From an uncultured Anaerolineales bacterium (GTDB lineage Bacteria; Planctomycetota; Phycisphaerae; FEN-1346): a stretch of DNA of 64,000 nucleotides. Under the pieces are notes generated by a model. That model did no database searches. It saw nothing but the letters and a program-made list of their open reading frames with translations, and had not been told where the DNA came from. Both the position numbers and the translations under genes were made by a program. Positions 10,456 to 18,023 of the stretch are shown here, piece after piece (the stretch's first letter is position 1; every line of letters starts with the position of its first letter). The stretch covers positions 1,503 to 65,502 of the forward strand of contig CAZIJC010000003.1 of NCBI GenBank assembly GCA_964539385.1, in the 5' to 3' direction.

Positions 10456-10653
10456 TCAACGGGAGCCGGCCCGTTGCTTCCTGAGTGTCTGCCGCTGCGC
10501 CTTCCTCAACTGCCGCCGCTTGCGCTCGCTTGGCTTCTCGTAATAACTGTTTCGCTTGATCTCCTTGGTGAGACCTTCCTTCTCGCACAGTTTCTTGAAG
10601 CGCTTCAGCATCTGCTCGACGGTTTCGTTACCTCTGGACCGGATCTTAAGCAT
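10456..10653 (-). CDS. rpsU: 30S ribosomal protein S21
   Basis: MLKIRSRGNETVEQMLKRFKKLCEKEGL...KRRQLRKAQRQ matches bS21; start at internal ATG 10653. Confidence 0.85.
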   Translation of the reverse strand: MLKIRSRGNETVEQMLKRFKKLCEKEGLTKEIKRNSYYEKPSERKRRQLRKAQRQTLRKQRAGSR

Positions 10654-10760
10654 GTTCCTGCCGACACTCCTTTCCGCGACCTTCTGCCGCACGTATCATC
10701 ACCCAGTATACACACACCCGGCGACAAAGCAAGGGTTTTATGCGCGCCGTGAATGCAACC

Positions 10761-10877
10761 TAGCCGCTGGCGCATCCAGGGCCTTGCGCCACATCTGTGC
10801 GGGCCGCGGCCAAGGCCGCGAGCGCGAGCACGAGAACCGCGCCCGCAAGCACAAGATTCCGCCTGCTATCGCTCATG
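10761..10877 (-). CDS. small hypothetical secreted/membrane peptide (38 aa)
   Basis: Strong RBS GGAGGCAAACC before ATG; hydrophobic NLVLAGAVLVLALAALAAA; very short, unverified. Confidence 0.25.
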
Positions 10878-11126
10878 GTTTGCCTCCAGCCGAGACCCAC
10901 AGTTCCCCTCGATCAACCTAACGGACGCGAAAGCGCGAGTGGCGCACCTTGGGCGTATGATAGCCTCGGCCGCAGGAGTTGGCGTCATCCGAGACTGCGA
11001 CAATTGCAGGGCCGTGTTCGTCTGCTTCAGGGGCCAAGGTTGCCCTCAGTGTTGGGCTCCTCCAGCGGCCCCCAGGTAGCCCCATGAAACCAACCCCAAA
11101 ATCACCGTTCTGGCTTCCCAAACCCT

Positions 11127-11143
11127 ACGTCCGATAATGAGTG
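11127..11143. repeat. prophage left attachment core: 17-bp direct repeat (XerC-arm + central region of a dif-like site)
   Basis: ACGTCCGATAATGAGTG identical to 55231-55247; sits at the left edge of the phage gene block. Confidence 0.6.
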
Positions 11144-11189
11144 CGGGGAGGTGCCGAAAAACGGACCTATGGCGGGGAGTCGATAGGTG

Positions 11190-11400
11190 GGTGGCGGGCC
11201 TTGCGCGCGCAGGCAGGGAAGGGCGGGAGTATCGAACCCCCACGCCGAGTTGGAGTCTGACCCCGACCGGCCAATGGTGATGACGGTGGGAATCTGACAA
11301 ACGCGGGGGTTCGATTTCGCCGAAATCTGGTGCATGGTTTCAGACTCCAACTCTATGCGACACCCCCAGGTTAGGCGGCTCCCAAAAGCCGCGTCAAGAA
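11190..11400. other. structured non-coding region with interleaved inverted repeats and a tRNA T-arm-like motif
   Basis: ATCGAACCCCC (11231) / GGGGGTTCGAT (11314) and GAGTTGGAGTCTGA (11247) / TCAGACTCCAACTC (11340); minus strand carries GGGGGTTCGATACTCCC; no ORF with coding character. Confidence 0.3.
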
Positions 11401-11402
11401 AA

Positions 11403-11445
11403 AAACGAAAAAAAATCCGCCGGCCTTGCTTTCGCCGGGTTTTTC
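11403..11445. terminator. bidirectional intrinsic terminator
   Basis: A8-CCGGC-(loop)-GCCGG-GTTTTT hairpin flanked by T-runs on both strands. Confidence 0.4.
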
Positions 11446-11475
11446 AGCCATAATGACATAGAAATCCTGGCATTC

Positions 11476-11898
11476 GTGGGAGTCGGAATCATGGGTAACT
11501 TGCGCATGCGTTTGCCGATGTTGTTGTCTCTGGCGGCCCTGGTGTCCGCGGTCGTGGCCCTGATCCTGGCGATTGGTGCCTGCCGGCAGCCGGCGGCCGA
11601 GGTGGTGGTTGTTGACGAGGCCGGCCGTGTTCGCGTGCGGCTCGGCGTCCTTGGCGACAACACCATTGGTCTCGGCCTGTATGACGCCAACGGGCGCCGG
11701 CGCGGTGCCTTTCATTTTGTTGAGGCCCTTGACGCGGCCAGTCTCGAGGTAAAAGGCACCGGCGCCCCGTACTCGCCTACCGTCACGGTGGCCACGGTGG
11801 GGACGGCCATGGTTTCCCTGGGCGACGAGGATGGCCGGTTCTTCGGTTTGACTCCCAACGGCCCGCAGACCTTTCTCAATCCCTTCCCGCCCCCTTAG
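11476..11898 (+). CDS. hypothetical secreted protein (prophage, attL-proximal)
   Basis: Signal-peptide-like N-terminus MRLPMLLSLAALVSAVVALILAIGAC; 140 aa. Confidence 0.45.
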   Translation: MGVGIMGNLRMRLPMLLSLAALVSAVVALILAIGACRQPAAEVVVVDEAGRVRVRLGVLGDNTIGLGLYDANGRRRGAFHFVEALDAASLEVKGTGAPYSPTVTVATVGTAMVSLGDEDGRFFGLTPNGPQTFLNPFPPP

Positions 11899-12115
11899 AC
11901 GGCGGGCGCCCTCTGGTCAGGGCGATCCCCCGTGCCGCTGCCGCGGCTCGCACGGCCTTCGCCGAGACCGACCGCCCAAATCGACGGCTGAGGTTGGCCG
12001 CGATCGCCGGGGCCTGGTAGCCGGCCGAGGCCATTCGCTTGAGCACACTGCGCGGCCGACCGCGCCGGCCAGTTGCCGTAAATTGAATCGCATCCCACCA
12101 GTTGACTGCCACCAT
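11876..12115 (-). CDS. small basic protein, paralog A of 12389-12607
   Basis: MVAVNWWDAIQFTATGRRGRP...AVRAAAAARGI is about 50% identical to the neighbouring 72-aa gene; internal ATG at 12115. Confidence 0.5.
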   Translation of the reverse strand: MVAVNWWDAIQFTATGRRGRPRSVLKRMASAGYQAPAIAANLSRRFGRSVSAKAVRAAAAARGIALTRGRPPSKGAGRD

Positions 12116-12301
12116 AGGTTCCCATTCGGCCAGGCCGTTGGCACAAATCAAGGAAAAAGGGCCAGGATGGCGCAGGACGGCCGCGAGCCCCTGGGGGATG
12201 GCCCACCATAGCCTCGCTTCACTCCGCGTGGCGTGGCGCAAGCCTGGTGGCCCAGGGCAGGGCGTGGCGCGGGGGTCACGGCCATCCTGGCGGGAGCGCG
12301 C

Positions 12302-12343
12302 AAAAAAAGGGCCGGCCCCAGGGGTGGTGGCCTGGGGCCGGCG
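12302..12343 (-). terminator. intrinsic terminator (minus strand)
   Basis: GGGCCGGCCCCA / TGGGGCCGGC stem followed on minus strand by T7. Confidence 0.5.
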
Positions 12344-12388
12344 GTTACCGTGCCGCGACAAGCGGCATCGGCCATGGTGGTCTGACGG

Positions 12389-12607
12389 TTAGGTGTGGGG
12401 CCGGCCGCGCTTCAGCGTGATCTTCGCGCGGGCGGCGGCCTTGCGCACGGCCAGGGCCGTGACCGTTCGGCCAAAGTGCTCCGTTAGGATGGCCGCTATC
12501 TCCGGCGCCTGCCGGCCGGCCTTGGCCATTTGCCGCAGCATGGTGACCGGCCGCCCCGGTCGGCCCTTTGTCAATTGTATGGTATTCCACCAGTTGATTG
12601 CTGCCAT
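12389..12607 (-). CDS. small basic protein, paralog B
   Basis: MAAINWWNTIQLTKGRPGRP...AVRKAAARAKI; tandem paralog of 11876-12115. Confidence 0.5.
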   Translation of the reverse strand: MAAINWWNTIQLTKGRPGRPVTMLRQMAKAGRQAPEIAAILTEHFGRTVTALAVRKAAARAKITLKRGRPHT

Positions 12608-12619
12608 GGGATTGCCCTT

Positions 12620-12889
12620 TCACGTGGTGACCACGTCGGCGTGGTCACGGATAAACCTGGCCGAGTCGCCCAGGTAGGCGGCCATGCCCTTGCCGTCGAG
12701 TGGGGTGAGGGCCTTGAGCACCGCTTTCCAGGGGCCGGCCAGGCCCTTGCGTTTGCCGACCGGGCGTACCGTGATGCCGCTGCCATTGACCTTGACCAGC
12801 ACGTTATACCGCTCGCCCTCAAGGTACATCGACAGGTGTAGCACGGCCGTGCCGTCTGGTTTGTTGGTGACCTCAATGGCCATGGTCAT
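12620..12889 (-). CDS. hypothetical phage protein
   Basis: 89-aa ORF; ATGA overlap with upstream gene stop. Confidence 0.45.
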   Translation of the reverse strand: MTMAIEVTNKPDGTAVLHLSMYLEGERYNVLVKVNGSGITVRPVGKRKGLAGPWKAVLKALTPLDGKGMAAYLGDSARFIRDHADVVTT

Positions 12890-13326
12890 TCCCCCCCGGC
12901 CGCGTGTGCATCCTGGGCCTTGATGATTTGCTGCACGTGCTCCCGCACGGTATCGACCTTGACCACGAAACCCTGCCCCGACTCCGGGGCCAGGCGCTCG
13001 GCCTTATACGTCCTGTAGGCGCACTCCGCGGCCTTACCGCAGCACGCCCAACATATCGACAAGGCCAAATCCGCCGGGCCACTGCCGGCGTAGCCGAATT
13101 GAAACCCGGTGGGACTGTGCCGCACCACGTGGGGCAGGGGGACCTTTTTGCCCACGGCGTCCATCACCTCGGCCTTGACCGTCCCGTCGGTCTGCCGCTG
13201 CACGATGATGAGATTGTTGCCTGCCAGGCCAAGGCCGGCCGCGCAGCACGTCGAGCAAAAACCCGTATCGCTGTATACCAGGCTCAAGCGCCGGGTGTGC
13301 TTTCTGCATAGGCTGCATTGTGCCAT
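12886..13326 (-). CDS. hypothetical phage protein with N-terminal Cys cluster
   Basis: CSLCRK...CSTCC zinc-ribbon-like N-terminus, conserved-looking HSPTGFQFGYAGSGPADLALSI core. Confidence 0.5.
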   Translation of the reverse strand: MAQCSLCRKHTRRLSLVYSDTGFCSTCCAAGLGLAGNNLIIVQRQTDGTVKAEVMDAVGKKVPLPHVVRHSPTGFQFGYAGSGPADLALSICWACCGKAAECAYRTYKAERLAPESGQGFVVKVDTVREHVQQIIKAQDAHAAGGE

Positions 13327-13422
13327 TGTGCACCACCTTTTTGTTGAGGGTTTCCCCTAGCACCGGCAGGGCGCCCATGACCGCCACGAGCCATCCCGCC
13401 GGCACCAGGTGAGAGGCTGTGT

Positions 13423-13833
13423 TTACGCTTCCGCTGTCGGCCCCGGCAAATGCTTGAAGTGTTCGACCACCGTTTCGACGTAATCCGCACACCGGGCGGC
13501 GCCGGCGATCTCATCGCCCCGCATTCGCAACGGTTGTGTGTGCCGCAGCAACACGGTGGCCTCTTGTAGTGCTTTGTCGATGCGTTCTAACTGTGCCATG
13601 ATGCGCTGGCCGCCCTTGATCCCCCTGGCCGCTGCTGTTTCGCGCTCGACAAAGGCAGACACGGCCGCCTCGGCGCCCCAGGGCGACGAATCGACCAGCG
13701 TGTGCGCGGGCACCGTCGATTCGGTGCCTGGCAGGAGTTGCGCATCATCCCGGTTTGCCCGCCATCCCTTGCCTTTCGCGTCCAGCGCGACGGTCCACTC
13801 TTGCCCCCACACTTTTATGCGGAGCGTGCTCAT
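13423..13833 (-). CDS. hypothetical phage protein
   Basis: Start at internal ATG 13833 directly preceded by the repeated leader element (RBS AAAGGTGG). Confidence 0.45.
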   Translation of the reverse strand: MSTLRIKVWGQEWTVALDAKGKGWRANRDDAQLLPGTESTVPAHTLVDSSPWGAEAAVSAFVERETAAARGIKGGQRIMAQLERIDKALQEATVLLRHTQPLRMRGDEIAGAARCADYVETVVEHFKHLPGPTAEA

Positions 13834-13906
13834 AAGACACCACCTTTCTACATGGCCACCATTGGCCGGCCGGCAGGTCCGGCCCCAGGGCCAGGCCCGC
13901 CGAGGC
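13834..13906 (-). repeat. repeated intergenic leader element R1, copy 1 (truncated)
   Basis: CCACCACCTTTC..GGCCACCATTGGCCGGCCGGCAGGTCCGG...CCAGGCCCGCC shared with copies at 14815 and 15273. Confidence 0.7.
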
Positions 13907-14814
13907 TCATTCCTCAAGGTTATCTACCAGGTCGGACACGGCCGCCCAATTGTCGGCCACGCCTTGCAGGTGCTTGCGGGCCTCGGCTTCGCGGTCGAGC
14001 CCTTGCTCCCATAGGGTCTTATCGCGCTCGGCCTTGACCGCTTTGGTGATAAGGTCATCGAGCGTGGCCGGCTCAAGGGCGTCCAACTCCCAGGAATCCT
14101 CACCGTACTCGACCACGTAGCCCTCATATCGAGAATCGGTCACCTTTGCGGGGTTGGGCGGCGGTTGGTACTCGTCAACCTGGTCCATGTTCAAGGCCAG
14201 GCGGGTGAGGCGCACCGGCTCATCGAGAAATAGGTCGAGCCGGTCGCGTATATCCCTGGTCATGTCGATGCCGCTTGGGTCATGGTCGCCCAGGTGCAGC
14301 AACAAGATGCCCTGCCCCCGGCCCTGGTGCTGCTGAAACCGCCGGATGGCGGCGTCCCACATTTCGCTTTGACTCATGTAGCCGCGGCACGCCATGTAAT
14401 CGACGCGGAGACGCTTGGCAATGGTGTCCAGCACGCCGGCCAGGGCTTCCTTTTCGATCCAGACCTCGTTGGCTGCGCGGCCCACAGGTCGAGCCGGAAC
14501 TGGTCGGCCACCGCCTCGATCATGCTTTCGGGCGACCGCCAGGTCGGATAGGCTTCAAGGTTGCGCGTGCGGTCCTCAATCGCATCCCAATCCACCAGGC
14601 CGGCCAGGCGGGCGTCGGACAGGATGGCCCCCAGGCGCTTGTAGTTCCGCTGCACGTTCGGCATGAGACCGCGGGCCACGAATTGGTAATAGAGTTGCCG
14701 CAAGGTGAGGCGGTAACCCTGCCCGCGGTATTCCTCGATGATGGCGTTTGCCCGATTGATGGTCTCGAGTGTCGCCGGCTTGAAATCCTTGTCCACGTAT
14801 CGGATGCGCGGCAT
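13907..14814 (-). pseudogene. Topo VI-A/Spo11-like (mini-A type) protein: 5Y-CAP (LRQLYYQF) + Toprim (GDHDPSG), split by a frameshift near 14470-14485
   Basis: N-part ORF 14374-14814 (real ATG at 14814) and C-part ORF 13907-14485 are consecutive halves in frames offset by one nucleotide; no slippery heptamer. Confidence 0.5.
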
Positions 14815-14903
14815 ATCCCACCACCTTTCCTGGCCACCATTGGCCTGCCGGCAGGTCTGGCCCCCACGGCCAGGCCCGCCGGCGGGCCAATGGCCCGCCT
14901 GAA
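14815..14903 (-). repeat. repeated intergenic leader element R1, copy 2
   Basis: Full copy including GGGCCAATGGCCCGCC inverted half. Confidence 0.7.
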
Positions 14904-15272
14904 TCATTCGCCCATGGCCGCCCGGTTGCCCGCCTCTTGCAGTATGGCCGCTTGGGTGATTTCTTCGCAGGTAAGAACGTAGTGCGGCGCCGGCCCCCAC
15001 ACCAGGTCACCCCAATAGAGCGCCTCATGCAGCCGGACCTCGGCTTTGCGCTGGCCCGTCGGCTCATAGACGTAGACCACCCGGTCACGCCTTGGTTCGA
15101 TGCCGGCGTCACGGATGGCCGCCAGCGCCTGCCAAAGCGCTTCTGTGAGTGACCGGCCTTCGCCCGGCTCGCCGTCGCCAAGCCACTGGCCATTGACCAC
15201 CTGGGCCAACCACCCGGCGGCCTGCATTGTGCCGTACATGCAGACCTCTGCAACCACCTTGGCCTTTCGCAT
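14904..15272 (-). CDS. hypothetical phage early protein (first gene of leftward operon)
   Basis: Internal ATG at 15272 preceded by R1 copy 3; 123 aa. Confidence 0.45.
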   Translation of the reverse strand: MRKAKVVAEVCMYGTMQAAGWLAQVVNGQWLGDGEPGEGRSLTEALWQALAAIRDAGIEPRRDRVVYVYEPTGQRKAEVRLHEALYWGDLVWGPAPHYVLTCEEITQAAILQEAGNRAAMGE

Positions 15273-15360
15273 AACCCACCACCTTTCCTGGCCACCATTG
15301 GCCGGCCGGCAGGTCCGGTGATCCCCAGGCCCGCCGGCGGGCCAATGCCCGCCTGCCTCT
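15273..15360 (-). repeat. repeated intergenic leader element R1, copy 3
   Basis: Near-identical to copy 2. Confidence 0.7.
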
Positions 15361-15459
15361 GCCGCATCGGTCGGGCGCCCCAAGGGCCGGGCCTACCGCC
15401 CTGCGCCGGTTGTCATTTACGCCCGACTATTCACTTGCCAAAGCACTACTGCATTATAC

Positions 15460-15511
15460 CCCATTTGGGGCATTTGTCAAGCGCCCGGCCAGAAAAAATG
15501 TCCCAAATGGG
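15460..15511. promoter_or_regulatory. 16-bp inverted repeat (candidate operator) in divergent early promoter region
   Basis: CCCATTTGGGGCATTT ... AAAATGTCCCAAATGGG, 15/16 complementary, 20-bp spacer; lies in the AT-richer 500-bp gap between leftward and rightward operons. Confidence 0.45.
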
Positions 15512-15873
15512 TTGTTTATTTTTGCCCTTTGCGGCGCGGAATCAGTCTTTTTGCGAGATTTCTTGCTTGACCGCAGAATAAGAACGCGGTAGGTGTCGTG
15601 TCGATGACGCGGATGGCCGAACCGGCGGCGTGACAAGGCCAACACGTGGTGCAGGACCCCAGGCCCTACCCTACGCCCACGCCACCCCCCGATGCTGCCT
15701 TGGCACAAGTCCTTAGTATACCTCTACTTAGCGTGTGCGGGTCCTTGGGAGGCTCTTTCGAGCAATCGGGTGCAGAGTACCCGCTAAAAAAGCGCACCAT
15801 TGTTTTAGTCGCTGCTGCGTCAATTCCTTTGCCCCCAGGTGAACGGCTATAGTTATCGAAACGAGGCAATGTC

Positions 15874-16557
15874 ATGGCCAATCGCAAGCGCTTCAAACCG
15901 CCACGCCCCACCGCCAGGCCGCCGCGGGCGCCCTACATTGAGGCCGGTATCCGGTGGATGGCCGTGCCCGTCGAAACCGTGCATCCGGACCCCGAAAACG
16001 CGCGGCACCATACGCCGGCCAATCTGGCCGCGATACGCGGCAGCCTCACCGGCGCCCGGCAGCAAACCCCCATTGTGGTTGACCGGGACGGGATGATTCT
16101 CAAGGGCAACGGCACCTGGCACGCGGCCAAGGCCCTGGGGTGGGATTACATCGCCGTAAGCCTGACCACTCTCGAGGGCGCCGATGCGCGGGCCTACAGC
16201 CTGGCCGACAATCGCACGGCCGAGTTGGCCGAGTGGGATGAGACGCGCTTGGCCGTGCAACTGGCCGAGTTGCGGGCCGAGGGCAGCATCGACCTGACCA
16301 CCCTGGGATGGTCCGACGAGGAAACCCAAGAGGTGCTCAACCTGGCCGCCGGCCTGGGGCATGATACCAACCGGGGACCCGATATGCTTATCGACCGGCG
16401 CGACGCCGGCCCCTTGGTCAAGGCGGTGTTTGCGCCGTCGGCCCTGGCCCTGGTCGAGCAAGCCCTGGGCATGACCGGCCTGGTTAACCGGGGCAAGGCC
16501 CTTGAGGCCATTGCCCGGTTTTACATCGAGGCGGTGACCGATGCCGGGACAGACTAA
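15874..16557 (+). CDS. ParB-like nuclease domain protein
   Basis: ParB N-domain motifs (ENARHHTP, KGNGTWHAAKALG). Confidence 0.75.
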   Translation: MANRKRFKPPRPTARPPRAPYIEAGIRWMAVPVETVHPDPENARHHTPANLAAIRGSLTGARQQTPIVVDRDGMILKGNGTWHAAKALGWDYIAVSLTTLEGADARAYSLADNRTAELAEWDETRLAVQLAELRAEGSIDLTTLGWSDEETQEVLNLAAGLGHDTNRGPDMLIDRRDAGPLVKAVFAPSALALVEQALGMTGLVNRGKALEAIARFYIEAVTDAGTD

Positions 16558-17164
16558 AAAACAACATACCACCTTCGCCCGCAAGATGGCCCTGCGCCGC
16601 CGGATACTGGCCGAGGTCCGCTCTCGCGGCGAGCCGGTCATCATCGAAACGCACGGCGGGTGGGGCCGGCTCTGGCAGGCCCTCTATGCCGACGTGCCCG
16701 CCGGCGTGGTCTTTGAGCACAACCGCTTGCGGGCCGAGCACCTTGCCAGGCAGCGGCCCACGTGGGCGGTCTATGAAACCGATTGCGTGCGCGCCCTGGC
16801 CGCGGGGGTGGGCAGCCACCTGGTGCCCAACCTCATCGACCTTGATCCGCACGGTAGCCCTTGGGAAGCGCTTGAGGCCGCCCTGGTCGGCCTCGCCGAC
16901 CTGGCCGACCCTCTGTGGGTGGTGGCCACCGACGGCCTCCGCGAGAAACTGCGCATCACCGGGGCGTGGCCCCTGCATGCGCTCAAGGAGTTTGTCGGGG
17001 AGTTTGGGAACCGCCTGGCCGACGTGTATCTTGATGTTTGCAAGGTCAAGGTCGGACGCCTGGCGGCGCTGCGCCGGTATACCCTCGATGAGTGGCGGGG
17101 GTACTACTGTGGGGCGGGCGGGGCCATGACGCATTGGGCCGCACGCCTGGTCAAAACAGGGTAG
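16541..17164 (+). CDS. class-I SAM methyltransferase-fold protein, divergent (motif IV DPHG instead of DPPY/F)
   Basis: ETHGGWG (motif I-like), VVFEHN, LIDLDPHGSP laid out as in RsmD/N6-MTase-like enzymes; resembles the TcmP partner family. Confidence 0.4.
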   Translation: MPGQTKKQHTTFARKMALRRRILAEVRSRGEPVIIETHGGWGRLWQALYADVPAGVVFEHNRLRAEHLARQRPTWAVYETDCVRALAAGVGSHLVPNLIDLDPHGSPWEALEAALVGLADLADPLWVVATDGLREKLRITGAWPLHALKEFVGEFGNRLADVYLDVCKVKVGRLAALRRYTLDEWRGYYCGAGGAMTHWAARLVKTG

Positions 17165-17954
17165 GCGCGGGGGCCGGAAACGGAAGGGCGGGGAACTCTT
17201 GCACCACCTCACCATCGAGCAAGTGACCGGCGCTGTCGTGCCTGGGGCCGCCCCATTGCTTGAAGAAAAACGGCACGCCCGCGGCCCTGCAAAGCGCCCG
17301 GATTTCGGTCACCCAATGCTGGCGGTCCTGCCGGCAACCCCAATGCCCGCCGCGATCCCCCAGGGGCACGGCCATGCCGCGGGCGTCCCTGATGGCCGGG
17401 TCTTTGAGGTGGGGGCCGGACTCCCCGGCCACTATCACCCACCCGATGCCCTCAAGCGGCAGGTCGGGCATGGCCGACAGCATCGGCTCGGCCGACACAA
17501 ACCGCAGGCCGCACTCGACGTTGCGCAGGGCGGTGATCCGCTTGTAGTATTGGGGATTTTCGACCGTGACGCCGAGCATCACGTTAGCCGGCACGTCGCG
17601 CCGCTGCCAGTAGGCCAGCATTCCCGCGTGGCGTTTGGTGAGTATCTGAAAGACGTGGCGCGGGCAGGCCCGGATAACCTCAAGCACTTGGTCGCGCATG
17701 CCGTCGCCCGCCTGGTCAAGAAAGAAATCACTCATGGAGCAAATAAAAAACATGCCCGGCTTTTTGACCGTCCGAGGCACGTTCATCTTGTGCAACTTGG
17801 GGGTGAATCCGAAGCCATTGGGAAATGCCGGCGTGCCGGCCATGCTCTCGGCCTGCCTCTTGGCGTAGCAGTACCGGCAGCCCTCACTCACCGGGGCGCC
17901 GCCGGTCCAGGGGTTCCACGTGTGATTGGTCCAAGAGATTTTGGTATTCAGCAT
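17151..17954 (-). CDS. phage Gp37/Gp68 family protein (DUF5131)
   Basis: CSMSDFF, QILTKR, FFKQWGG family motifs; convergent to and overlapping the methyltransferase-fold gene by 14 nt. Confidence 0.6.
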   Translation of the reverse strand: MLNTKISWTNHTWNPWTGGAPVSEGCRYCYAKRQAESMAGTPAFPNGFGFTPKLHKMNVPRTVKKPGMFFICSMSDFFLDQAGDGMRDQVLEVIRACPRHVFQILTKRHAGMLAYWQRRDVPANVMLGVTVENPQYYKRITALRNVECGLRFVSAEPMLSAMPDLPLEGIGWVIVAGESGPHLKDPAIRDARGMAVPLGDRGGHWGCRQDRQHWVTEIRALCRAAGVPFFFKQWGGPRHDSAGHLLDGEVVQEFPALPFPAPAPTLF

Positions 17955-18023
17955 CGGACACCCGTTTGCCGCCACGGATTCATTTGCGGGCAGGGATAAT
18001 ACCGCGGACCGCGCAGTTGACAA

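Noticed and set aside
10753-11087. Plus-strand ORFs 10753-11079 and 10797-11087 in the left flank
   Set aside because: Junk composition; the region is better explained as the promoter/leader of rpsU plus a small minus-strand peptide ORF.
11190-11400. tRNA or tmRNA gene at the prophage left end
   Set aside because: A good T-arm (GGGGG-TTCGATA-CTCCC) exists on the minus strand, but no matching acceptor 5' strand, anticodon arm or CCA could be folded. A tmRNA tag reading frame (ending ...LGAA) is atypical. Kept only as a structured-region observation.
14374-14485. Programmed -1 ribosomal frameshift in the mini-A gene
   Set aside because: No X XXY YYZ slippery heptamer or downstream structure at the frame junction; a mutation or sequencing indel is more likely.
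17825-18023. ATG at 17825 as start of the TerS gene
   Set aside because: It would overlap the convergent DUF5131 gene by about 130 nt; the conserved TerS part begins downstream, so a later (possibly TTG/GTG) start was preferred.
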